Source of the DNA: Candidatus Nealsonbacteria bacterium
GTDB lineage: Bacteria > Patescibacteriota > Minisyncoccia > Minisyncoccales > CAZKCU01
Assembly (NCBI GenBank): GCA_047456305.1
Contig: CP179888.1
Span: 381,307 to 445,306, forward strand
Direction: 5' to 3'
DNA: 64,000 bases
The position numbers and the translations under genes were made by a program. The notes under the pieces were generated by a model, which searched no databases, was not told the DNA's origin, and saw only the letters and a program-made list of their open reading frames with translations. Numbering within the stretch: position 1 is the first letter of the stretch; every line of letters begins with the position of its first letter. Shown here piece after piece: positions 34,440 to 43,479 of this stretch.

Positions 34440-36926
34440 ATGCCATTCCTTACTAAAATTTTTGGTGATGCTAACGAAAAATATTTAAAAAAACTTCAGC
34501 CCCTGATTGAGGAAATAAATAAACTCGAACCAGAATTCGAGAATTTTTCTAATGAGAAACTGAAAGAGAAAACTTTAGAATTTAGAGAGAGGTTAAAAGC
34601 GGCTCCCAAAGAGAAATGTTTAGATGATATTTTACCTGAGGCCTTTGCCCTGGTTCGAGAAGGAGCAAAAAGAACTTTAAAACAACGGCATTTTGATGTC
34701 CAGTTAATTGGCGGAATAGTTTTGCATCAAGGAAAAATCGCTGAAATGAAAACCGGTGAAGGGAAAACTTTAGCTGCTACCCTGCCGGTTTATTTAAATG
34801 GTTTAGAAGAAAAAGGAGTTCATATTGTTACTGTTAATGATTATTTAGCCAGGAGAGATACGGTCTGGATGGGACAAATCTACCATGTCTTAGGACTCTC
34901 GGTTGGTTGTTTAAACCACGACCAAACCTTTTTATATGACCCAGAATACAAAAAGGCCGAAGAAGAGGATAAGATTAGAGATGAGATGGGAGGTTTTAAA
35001 GTGGTTGAAGATTTTCTGAAACCTTGTTCTCGAAAAGAGGCTTATTTAGCTGATATTACCTACGGAACCAATAACGAGTTTGGCTTTGATTATTTAAGAG
35101 ACAATATGGTCTATGATTTGAAAGACCAGGTTCAACGTGGTTTTCATTATGCCATTATTGATGAGGTTGACTCGATTTTAATTGATGAAGCCAGGACTCC
35201 CTTAATTATCTCTGCTCCCGATACCGAGAGTTCAAAATGGTATCAAGAGTTTGCCAAAATTATTCCAAAATTGAATCCAAAGACTGATTATGAAATTGAT
35301 GAGAAGCAGAAGGCAGTTACCTTAACTGAAGAGGGAATAAATAAAATAGAAAAAATTTTGGGGTTAGAAAATATTTATAAGGATAAAGGAATAAAATATT
35401 TACATCATTTAGAACAGGCCTTAAAGGCTGAGGCGATGTTCAAGCGTGACAGAGATTACGTAGTTAAAGATGGGCAGGTTGTCATTGTTGATGAATTTAC
35501 CGGCAGGTTAATGCCGGGTCGTCGTTGGTCAGGCGGGCTGCACCAAGCTATTGAGGCTAAAGAAGGAGCGGAGGTGCAACCTGAATCATTGACATTAGCT
35601 ACCATTACTTTTCAAAATTATTTCCGTCTTTATAAAAAATTGGCCGGAATGACCGGGACAGCTGTTACCTCGGCTGAGGAATTTGATAAAGTTTATAGGT
35701 TGGAGGTTATTGTTGTGCCAACCAACAAACCGCTGATTAGAAAGAGTTTGGCAGATAGCATTTACAAAACCGAGAGAGGAAAATTTAAGGCAGTAATTCA
35801 AGGAATTAAGGAAAAAAATTTAAGAGGTCAGCCAGTTTTAGTGGGCACTACCTCAATTGTGAAAAATGAATATCTGGGGAAATTACTGGATAGGGAAGGG
35901 ATTCCTCATCAGATTTTAAATGCCAAACATCATGAAAGAGAAGGGGAAATCATTGCTCAGGCAGGCAGGAAAGGAGCAGTAACTATAGCTACTAATATGG
36001 CAGGTAGGGGGGTGGATATAATTTTAGGAGGTAACCCTCCAAATCCTGAAGAGGCTAAAGGAGTCAAAGAGCTTGGCGGACTCCATGTTATTGGCACCGA
36101 ACGCCATGAGGCTAGAAGAATTGATAACCAGCTTCGGGGAAGATCAGGAAGGCAGGGTGATTCGGGTTCCAGTCAATTTTTTGTTTCTTTGGAAGATGAT
36201 TTATTGAGAATTTTTGGCGGAGATAGAATAAAATCTTTGATGGGTTATTTAAAAATTCCCGAGGACCAGCCGATTGAGGCTAATCTTATTTCCGGGGTGA
36301 TTGAGCAGTCCCAGACAAAAATTGAGGGAATGAACTTTGATTTAAGAAAACATGTTTTAGAGTATGATGATGTAATGAATAAACACCGGGAAACAATCTA
36401 TAAAAAAAGAAAAGAAATACTCAAAGCATCCCCTGAACAGTTAAGGGAAAGAATTTTACAAATGATAAAAAAAACAGGTTTCTCAGAAAAAGATTATAGA
36501 GCTAAAGAAAAAGAGATAGGTCCAGAAAATATGCCAAAAATTGAGAAATTAGTCAGTTTAAGAACCTTAGATATGTTATGGATGGACCATTTATATTATA
36601 TGGAAGATTTAAGAGGTTCGGTCAGCCTGCGAGCTTACGGTCAAAGAGACCCTTTGGTTGAATACAAATCAGAAGGACACAAAATGTTTCAGAGATTACT
36701 TTCAACAATCGAATCAACTATTGCCAACACTATTTTAAAAGTAAAGCTCCAGCCCCAGATTGGAAGACCGTTGATTCAGGCAGATAAAAAAGCTGATTTA
36801 GCTCGATTTAATCAAGGGATCAAAAATAAGCCTGGCCGAAACGATCCCTGTCCCTGCGGGAAAATTAACCCTCAGACCGGAAAACCAATTAAATACAAGA
36901 AATGCTGTTATCCTAAATACGGCTAA
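34440..36926 (+). CDS. secA: preprotein translocase ATPase SecA
   Basis: Walker [38 protein letters not shown], and the C-terminal zinc motif CPCG...KKCC. Confidence 0.98.
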   Translation: MPFLTKIFGDANEKYLKKLQPLIEEINKLEPEFENFSNEKLKEKTLEFRERLKAAPKEKCLDDILPEAFALVREGAKRTLKQRHFDVQLIGGIVLHQGKIAEMKTGEGKTLAATLPVYLNGLEEKGVHIVTVNDYLARRDTVWMGQIYHVLGLSVGCLNHDQTFLYDPEYKKAEEEDKIRDEMGGFKVVEDFLKPCSRKEAYLADITYGTNNEFGFDYLRDNMVYDLKDQVQRGFHYAIIDEVDSILIDEARTPLIISAPDTESSKWYQEFAKIIPKLNPKTDYEIDEKQKAVTLTEEGINKIEKILGLENIYKDKGIKYLHHLEQALKAEAMFKRDRDYVVKDGQVVIVDEFTGRLMPGRRWSGGLHQAIEAKEGAEVQPESLTLATITFQNYFRLYKKLAGMTGTAVTSAEEFDKVYRLEVIVVPTNKPLIRKSLADSIYKTERGKFKAVIQGIKEKNLRGQPVLVGTTSIVKNEYLGKLLDREGIPHQILNAKHHEREGEIIAQAGRKGAVTIATNMAGRGVDIILGGNPPNPEEAKGVKELGGLHVIGTERHEARRIDNQLRGRSGRQGDSGSSQFFVSLEDDLLRIFGGDRIKSLMGYLKIPEDQPIEANLISGVIEQSQTKIEGMNFDLRKHVLEYDDVMNKHRETIYKKRKEILKASPEQLRERILQMIKKTGFSEKDYRAKEKEIGPENMPKIEKLVSLRTLDMLWMDHLYYMEDLRGSVSLRAYGQRDPLVEYKSEGHKMFQRLLSTIESTIANTILKVKLQPQIGRPLIQADKKADLARFNQGIKNKPGRNDPCPCGKINPQTGKPIKYKKCCYPKYG

Positions 36927-36935
36927 ATTAATAAG

Positions 36936-38318
36936 ATGAAAAAAAGAAAAATCTATTTTAAAATTTTAGTTATTTTTATCTTAGCCTTTTTTGTTGGGAA
37001 TTTAAGCTACCCTAAATATTTTAATCAGGGGATTGATTTTTTGAATCAAAAATTTTCCTGGAAATTAGCTCATTTCTGGGAAATACCTTTTAAATTAGGT
37101 TTAGATCTTCAGGGTGGCGTCCACCTTCTTTATCAGGCTGATCTCTCCAATATTTTGCCAGAAGATAGGGGAAGTTCGATGGAAGGTTTGAGAGATGTCA
37201 TTGAGAGAAGAGTAAATCTTTTCGGAGTAAAGGAACCAGTGGTTCAAGTTCAGGGAGAAAGATTAATCATTGAGTTAGCTGGAATAAAAGATGTTTCAGA
37301 AGGAATTCGAATGATTGGCCAAACTCCCTATTTAGAATTCAAAGAACAAAGGTCAGAACAAGAAACCCAAAAAATACTTGCCAAACAAAAAGAAATGGAA
37401 GGTTTGACCTTAGAACAAATGAAAGAAGTTCAAGATTGGCAATTGGCTCTTGAAGACCCTTATTTTAAATCCACTCCTTTGACTGGAAAATATTTAAAAA
37501 AATCTGAAATTGGCTTTGACCAGACTACTCAAAAGCCCCTAATTTTGCTTCAATTTGATGAAGAGGGATCGAAAATTTTTGAAGATTTAACTTCAAAAAA
37601 TATTGGGAAACCATTAGCAATATATTTGGATTATCAACTTCAACAAGCTCCAATAGTTCAAGAAAAAATTTCTGGCGGTAAGGCTCAAATTACCGGTAAC
37701 TTTACTTTAGATGAAGTTAAAAAAAGAGTAAGAGAATTAAATGCTGGAGCTCTACCTGTACCCATTGAATTAATTTCTCAACAAGCAGTAGGACCGAGTC
37801 TGGGTAAAATTTCTTTGGAACAATCTTTAAAAGCCGGAGTTTTTGGTTTTTTAGCCATAATTTTATTTATGATTCTTTTTTATAGGTTAGCCGGGATCCT
37901 ATCTTCAATTGCCTTAGGAATTTATATTGCTTTAGTTTTATCTCTCTTTAAAATTATTCCAGTTACTCTTACCTTGGCTGGAATCGGTGGTCTTATTTTA
38001 TCTATCGGTATGGCAGTTGATGCTAATATTTTAATTTTTTCTCGAATGAAAGAAGAGTTAGCTGAGAAAAAAACCTTTTCAGCTTCTCTGGAAGAAGGAT
38101 TCAAGAGGGCCTGGCCTTCCATTCGAGATGGAAACCTAACCACCTTAATTGTGGTTCTAATTTTATTTAGCTTTGGTACCAGTTTCATTAAGGGTTTTGC
38201 TCTGACTTTGGGTTTAGGAATTTTCTTAAGTATGTTTTCAGCAATTTTCATTACCAAGAACTTCTTGAAATCTTTTGAAGGAACAAAATTAGAGAAAATA
38301 GGTTGGCTGTGGAGATGA
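36936..38318 (+). CDS. secD: protein translocase subunit SecD
   Basis: LGLDLQGGVHLLYQAD, the periplasmic domain, and the C-terminal 6-TM bundle (ILSIGMAVDANILIFSRMKEE). Confidence 0.93.
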   Translation: MKKRKIYFKILVIFILAFFVGNLSYPKYFNQGIDFLNQKFSWKLAHFWEIPFKLGLDLQGGVHLLYQADLSNILPEDRGSSMEGLRDVIERRVNLFGVKEPVVQVQGERLIIELAGIKDVSEGIRMIGQTPYLEFKEQRSEQETQKILAKQKEMEGLTLEQMKEVQDWQLALEDPYFKSTPLTGKYLKKSEIGFDQTTQKPLILLQFDEEGSKIFEDLTSKNIGKPLAIYLDYQLQQAPIVQEKISGGKAQITGNFTLDEVKKRVRELNAGALPVPIELISQQAVGPSLGKISLEQSLKAGVFGFLAIILFMILFYRLAGILSSIALGIYIALVLSLFKIIPVTLTLAGIGGLILSIGMAVDANILIFSRMKEELAEKKTFSASLEEGFKRAWPSIRDGNLTTLIVVLILFSFGTSFIKGFALTLGLGIFLSMFSAIFITKNFLKSFEGTKLEKIGWLWR

Positions 38319-39208
38319 ATATTAATTTTCTAAAATTTAAAAAAATTTATTTCGTTTTTTCTGGGATTTTAATCTTGGGGAGTTTGGTTTGTCTAATTAT
38401 TTTTGGTTTAAATCCGGGAATTGATTTTACTGGCGGAAGTATTTTGGAAGTGGAATACAAACAGGAAAGGCCTTCAAATAAGATAATAAAGGAAAAACTG
38501 GTTGACATTGATTTGGGGAAAATTTACGTTCAACCTACTGGAGAAAGGGGAGTGATTTTAAGAATGAAAGATATTTCAGAAGATACTCATCAGGAGGTTT
38601 TGCAAAAGTTAAAGGAAAACAATGAAGTTGAGGAAAAACGTTTTGAAGCAATTGGGCCAGCGATTGGTAGTGAATTAAAGAAAACTACTAAAATTGTTAT
38701 AATATTCTCTTTGTTGGCAATAGTTCTCTATATTGCCTTTGCCTTTAGAAAAATTTCTCGACCAGTTAAATCTTGGCAATATGGAATTGCTGCCCTTTTA
38801 GCCCTTTTCCATGATGTTTTAATACCTTTAGGGGTTTTTTCAGTTTTGGGAAAAATTTATGGCATCCAAATAACTATTCCGGTAGTTGTTGCTCTGCTTA
38901 CGGTCTTGGGTTATTCTATTAATGATACAGTAGTAGTTTTTGATAGAATAAGAGAAAATCTCTGGAAGATAACAGGTCTAAGCTTTGAAGAAACAGTAAA
39001 TAAAAGCCTTAACCAAACTTTGGTTCGATCAATTAACACCTCTTTAACTAGCTTATTTGTTTTGGCAGCTATCTTTTTCTTTGGAGGGGAGACTTTAAGA
39101 TATTTTTCTTTAGTTTTGATTATTGGAGTATTATGCGGTGTTTATTCTTCAATCTTTATTGCCAGCCCCCTATTGGTTAGTTGGTCAAAATGGCGAAAGA
39201 AGGGTTGA
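38315..39208 (+). CDS. secF: protein translocase subunit SecF
   Basis: GIDFTGGSILEV, LGYSINDTVVVFDRIREN. ATG 38315 makes an ATGA overlap with the secD stop (the ORF-track TTG at 38303 is less likely). Confidence 0.92.
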   Translation: MNINFLKFKKIYFVFSGILILGSLVCLIIFGLNPGIDFTGGSILEVEYKQERPSNKIIKEKLVDIDLGKIYVQPTGERGVILRMKDISEDTHQEVLQKLKENNEVEEKRFEAIGPAIGSELKKTTKIVIIFSLLAIVLYIAFAFRKISRPVKSWQYGIAALLALFHDVLIPLGVFSVLGKIYGIQITIPVVVALLTVLGYSINDTVVVFDRIRENLWKITGLSFEETVNKSLNQTLVRSINTSLTSLFVLAAIFFFGGETLRYFSLVLIIGVLCGVYSSIFIASPLLVSWSKWRKKG

Positions 39209-39241
39209 CCAAATGTCCTAAGCGTGCTTAAATAATATAAT

Positions 39242-40282
39242 ATGAACTTTAATTATCTTAAAATTTGTCAAGACTTAGTCAGTGATTTACCTCAGAGAAC
39301 AAAAGATATTATCTTGCGCCGTTTCGGTTTAAAAAAATCCGGCCAGAAGGAAACCTTAGAGCAAATTGGGAAAAGTTATGGTATTACTCGAGAGAGGGTT
39401 CGCCAGATCGAAGATGATGGGATGGCGAAGTTGAAGCCAAAAATAGGGAAATATCAAGAAATTTTCCAGTATTTTGCTAATCAGCTTAAAGCTACAGGTG
39501 GTTTAAAGAAAGAAGATATCTTGCTTAATCTTTTTGGAGGTAAAAGGTTTCAAAATCATGTTTTCTTTTTATTGACTTTAAGCCCTTCCTTTAACAGGCT
39601 TTCAGAGACTAAAGACTTCTATTCTTTATGGGCAATAGATTCCAATGTTTTAGCTCTTGCCAAAAAGGCAATAGGTTCTTTTTATAATATTCTTGGGGAG
39701 ACAAAGTCCTCTCTAATTATAGAAGAACTTGAACCTTATCAAATTTTTGGAAAAGACTTAGAAAAACAAACCGTCAACTGCTTAAGTTCCCAGGCCTTAC
39801 TTTCTTTCCTTGAAATTTCAAAATTAATACAGCAAAATCCCCAAGGTTTATTTGGCCTAAAAGATTGGCCAGAGATTAATCCCAGGGGAATTAAAGACAA
39901 AGCTTATCTAATCCTAAAAAAGGAAGATAGGCCCCTCCATTTTACTAAAATAACTCAGTTTATTGGCAAGGCGAATCTGGGATGGAAGTTTTTTCATCCA
40001 AATCTCCAGAGCGTTCATAACGAATTAATCCGAGATCCCAGATTTGTTTTAGTTGGCCGAGGACTTTATGCCTTGAGAGAGTGGGGATATGAACAGGGAG
40101 TAGTAAAAGATATTATTTCTAAAATTTTAAAAGAAAAAAAAGAACCCCTTTCGAAAGAAGAAATTGTTGAAAATGTTTTAAAACAGCGCTTTGTTAAAGA
40201 AAATACGATTTTATTGAATTTAAACAACAAAGAATATTTTTTAAGAGACCCAAAGGGAAAATATACTATCAGAGAGATTTGA
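39242..40282 (+). CDS. sigma-70 region-4-like HTH plus HARE-HTH domain protein
   Basis: The N-terminus ETLEQIGKSYGITRERVRQIEDDGMAKLK is sigma region 4.2-like. The C-terminal parts PLHFTKITQFI...RFVLVGRGLYALREWGY and PLSKEEIVENVL are HARE-HTH-like. Confidence 0.6.
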   Translation: MNFNYLKICQDLVSDLPQRTKDIILRRFGLKKSGQKETLEQIGKSYGITRERVRQIEDDGMAKLKPKIGKYQEIFQYFANQLKATGGLKKEDILLNLFGGKRFQNHVFFLLTLSPSFNRLSETKDFYSLWAIDSNVLALAKKAIGSFYNILGETKSSLIIEELEPYQIFGKDLEKQTVNCLSSQALLSFLEISKLIQQNPQGLFGLKDWPEINPRGIKDKAYLILKKEDRPLHFTKITQFIGKANLGWKFFHPNLQSVHNELIRDPRFVLVGRGLYALREWGYEQGVVKDIISKILKEKKEPLSKEEIVENVLKQRFVKENTILLNLNNKEYFLRDPKGKYTIREI

Positions 40283-40283
40283 T

Positions 40284-40424
40284 AACCGGTCGCTTTATCG
40301 CTCCCTGTAATTTGCTCGCAATTAAAATAACCGGTTCCCTGCTGTGTGCGAACAGTGGGCAATACAAACCAGTTGGGCTAACGCCCTCCTTGTAATTGCT
40401 CCGCAATTAAAAAAAATAAAAAAG
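40284..40424 (+). repeat. two adjacent family-C/D elements
   Basis: AACCGGTCGCTTTATCGCTCCCTGTAATTTGCTCGCAATTAAAAT followed by AACCGGTTCCCTGCTGTGTGCGAACAGTGGGCAA...CTTGTAATTGCTCCGCAATTAAAAAAAA. Confidence 0.75.
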
Positions 40425-41723
40425 ATGCCTTTAGAGATTTCAGATTTAATAATGGTTTCTGGACCGATTTTAGAAAAGGTTTGGCTAATTTTCAAAACCT
40501 GGTGGTGGATAGCATTGCCTTTTTTATTTTGGCGACCATTTCGAATTCTTTATTTTTATCTTATTCAAGAAAGATGGGATGATAGCATACCAAAGATTAT
40601 ACTCGAGATTAGAATGCCAAAAGAGGTATTAAAACCCATCAAAGCCATGGAGCAGGTCTTTGCCGGTCTCCACTCAATCCACGATGTCTTCACCTGGAGA
40701 GAAAAATGGATTGAAGGTCAATTTTTGCCTTCAATATCTTTGGAAATTGTCAGTATAGGTGGCGAAGTTCATTTTTATATCAGGGCGTTCAAGATGTTTC
40801 GGAATGTCATTGAATCAAATATCTACTCTCAATATCCAGAAGCAGAGATTTTTGAAGTCGAAGATTATACCAAACTCGTCCCTCAGGATATTCCCAACAA
40901 AGATTGGGACCTCTGGGGTACGAGTTTTATTAATACTAAGCCAGATCCCTATCCAATCAAAACCTATCCCAAATTTGAATTAGAAAGAGAAATTAAAGAA
41001 GAAAAAAGGATTGATCCTTTAGCCGGGCTTCTTGAGGGAATGGCAAGTCTTAAACCAGGAGAACAACTCTGGCTTCAGATTAGAGCCACCCCAATTAGAG
41101 AAGAGAAACCCTGGATAAAAGAGGGCTTGAAGATAAAGGATAAGTTAGTCAGAAGGCCGGAGAAACCAAAGTCCAAGCCAATGATTCAAGAAGCTGCTGA
41201 AGTTTTAATTACTGGCAAGCCGCCTGGAGTAGCTCCGCCAGAGGAAAAAGAAATTATCCCTCCGGAAATGAAACTTACTCCCGGGGAGAGAGAAATAGTA
41301 GCGGCTATTGAAGAAAAAATTGGTAAATTTGGCTACGATTGCCATATTAGGTTTATCTATCTTGGAAAGCAAGATGTTTTTTTTAAACCAATGGTTAAAA
41401 GTGTTTTTGGTTTTTTTAAGGAAATTTCTACTGAGAACTTAGGTGGTTTTAAGCCTGACAAAAGGATACAGACTAAAGTAAAATCAGTTCCCTTCTGGTT
41501 TTTGGACGCAAGGAGAGTTTATATAAGGAAAAGAAGACTGTTTAGAAATTATCAGAAGAGATGGACTCCTTGGTTTCCCAGAACGGGAGGGACATCTATT
41601 TTAAATACTGAGGAATTAGCCACCTTGTATCATTTTCCTGGCAGAATTGTTGCTCCCGCTCCCGCTATCCCTCGAGTTGAAGCTAAAAAAGGAGAGGCAC
41701 CTCCGGGATTACCAACTGAGTAA
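40425..41723 (+). CDS. conserved hypothetical membrane protein (partner of the downstream TraD-like ATPase)
   Basis: The ORF-track start at 40344 lies in a repeat, so ATG 40425 (MPLEISDLIM) is preferred. Two N-terminal TM helices, then a soluble domain of about 380 aa. No family named. Confidence 0.5.
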   Translation: MPLEISDLIMVSGPILEKVWLIFKTWWWIALPFLFWRPFRILYFYLIQERWDDSIPKIILEIRMPKEVLKPIKAMEQVFAGLHSIHDVFTWREKWIEGQFLPSISLEIVSIGGEVHFYIRAFKMFRNVIESNIYSQYPEAEIFEVEDYTKLVPQDIPNKDWDLWGTSFINTKPDPYPIKTYPKFELEREIKEEKRIDPLAGLLEGMASLKPGEQLWLQIRATPIREEKPWIKEGLKIKDKLVRRPEKPKSKPMIQEAAEVLITGKPPGVAPPEEKEIIPPEMKLTPGEREIVAAIEEKIGKFGYDCHIRFIYLGKQDVFFKPMVKSVFGFFKEISTENLGGFKPDKRIQTKVKSVPFWFLDARRVYIRKRRLFRNYQKRWTPWFPRTGGTSILNTEELATLYHFPGRIVAPAPAIPRVEAKKGEAPPGLPTE

Positions 41724-41851
41724 TAAAAAAATGAATAGTCAAAGAGAACTCCGTTCTCTTTTCCATCTTCGTTTTAATAAATTAAAACTCGATGAATAAA
41801 AACTCGAGTTATAGTCAAAGAAGGTAAACCTTCTTTTTCATCTTCGTTTTT
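41724..41851 (+). repeat. tandem duplication of a hairpin unit related to family A
   Basis: ATAGTCAAAGAGAACTCCGTTCTCTTTTCCATCTTCGTTTT...AAAACTCGATGAATAA and ATAGTCAAAGAAGGTAAACCTTCTTTTTCATCTTCGTTTTT...AAAACTCGATGAATAA. Confidence 0.8.
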
Positions 41852-43477
41852 ATGAATAAAAACTCGATGAATAACGATATAATTTTTTTTGCTGAAACCA
41901 CTTTTCGTAATATCAGGAAAAAATTCGGCATAAAAACCGACGATAGACGTCGGCATATTTATGTTGTTGGGAAAACCGGTATGGGTAAAACAGTGATGAT
42001 GGAAAATATGGCAATCCAGGATATAAAGCAGGGCAAGGGAATTGCTTTTATTGATCCCCACGGAGAGGCTGCTGAAAACCTTTTAAATTTTATTCCTTCT
42101 GATCGAATTAATGATGTTATCTATTTTAATCCGGCTGATTTAAATTATCCCATCGCTTTTAATGTTATGGAAAAAGTTGATTTAGAGCATAGACATTTGG
42201 CGGCCTCGGGCCTAATGGGGGTTTTTAAAAAAATCTGGCCCGATGTCTGGTCAGCCAGAATGGAATATATTTTGAATAATTCCATTTTAGCTTTACTTGA
42301 ATATCCGGGCTCAACCCTGCTTGGAGTAAACCGAATGCTGGCTGATCCCGATTATCGAAAAAAAGTGGTGGAGAGGATCACTGACCCGGTGGTTAAAGCT
42401 TTTTGGATTACTGAATTTGCTCGTTACACCCAGAGATACGAAGTTGAGGCAACAGCTGCCATCCAGAATAAAGTTGGTCAGTTTATTTCCGCCCCTTTAA
42501 TTAGGAATATTATTGGTCAGGTTCAATCTTCGATTGATATGAGGAAAGTAATGGATGATGGCAAAATCTTAATTGCTAATATATCTAAAGGAAAGGTGGG
42601 AGAGGATAATTCCTTGCTTTTGGGAGCTCTTTTGATTACCAAAGTGCAGTTAGCTGCGATGTCAAGAGTAGATATGCCTGAAGAGCAGAGACGAGATTTC
42701 TTTTTATATGTTGATGAATTTCAGAACTTTGCCACTGAATCTTTTGTCAATATCTTATCTGAGGCAAGGAAATATAGGTTGTCTTTAGTTTTAGGGCATC
42801 AATACATTGCTCAGATGGAAGAAAAGGTAAGAGATGCTGTTTTCGGCAACATTGGAACAATAGTTTCTTTTAGAGTTGGAGCTGAAGATGCTGAATATCT
42901 GGAAAAAGAATTTGTTCCTGAATTTACAGCTACTGACTTAGTTAATCTTGGAAAATATAATATCTATTTGAAATTAATGATTGATGGAATAGCCGGCAGA
43001 CCTTTCTCGGCTGAAACCTTGCCTCCAATGTTAAAACCGGAGAAATCGAATCGAGAGAAGATTATTAAAGTTTCCCGCGAAAGATATGGGACTCCTCGGC
43101 AAGTTGTTGAGGAAAAAATTAAGCGCTGGATAGGAACTTTAGAATTTCCGGTTAGTCCCCAGTCCGTCTCCCCGGTTCTTTATGATGCCAAATGTTCTCT
43201 CTGCGGAAAATGGACCAAGGTTGTTTTTCCTCCTGATGGGGTCCGGCCGGTTTATTGTAAACCCTGCCGAAAAAAAATGGAAAGAGAGAAGGAACAAAGA
43301 GAAAATGGAGTTATTTCCCTGAAAGAGGCAACTAAAAAAGAGCCTGTTTCTTTTTTGCCCTCAAAAAAAACTTTCGGGCGAGAAAAAACTGAAAAAGAGA
43401 AAAAAAGAAAAACCGTTAACTTAGAAGAATTAAAAAAAACCCTGGAAGAATCCCTGAAAAAAAGAAAAAAGCAATAA
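41852..43477 (+). CDS. TraD/VirD4-like (type IV coupling protein / HerA-FtsK superfamily) P-loop ATPase with a C-terminal zinc ribbon
   Basis: Walker A VVGKTGMGKT, Walker B FFLYVDEFQNF, LVLGHQY, and C-terminal CSLCGKWTKVVFPPDGVRPVYCKPCRKK. Confidence 0.7.
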   Translation: MNKNSMNNDIIFFAETTFRNIRKKFGIKTDDRRRHIYVVGKTGMGKTVMMENMAIQDIKQGKGIAFIDPHGEAAENLLNFIPSDRINDVIYFNPADLNYPIAFNVMEKVDLEHRHLAASGLMGVFKKIWPDVWSARMEYILNNSILALLEYPGSTLLGVNRMLADPDYRKKVVERITDPVVKAFWITEFARYTQRYEVEATAAIQNKVGQFISAPLIRNIIGQVQSSIDMRKVMDDGKILIANISKGKVGEDNSLLLGALLITKVQLAAMSRVDMPEEQRRDFFLYVDEFQNFATESFVNILSEARKYRLSLVLGHQYIAQMEEKVRDAVFGNIGTIVSFRVGAEDAEYLEKEFVPEFTATDLVNLGKYNIYLKLMIDGIAGRPFSAETLPPMLKPEKSNREKIIKVSRERYGTPRQVVEEKIKRWIGTLEFPVSPQSVSPVLYDAKCSLCGKWTKVVFPPDGVRPVYCKPCRKKMEREKEQRENGVISLKEATKKEPVSFLPSKKTFGREKTEKEKKRKTVNLEELKKTLEESLKKRKKQ

Positions 43478-43479
43478 TT

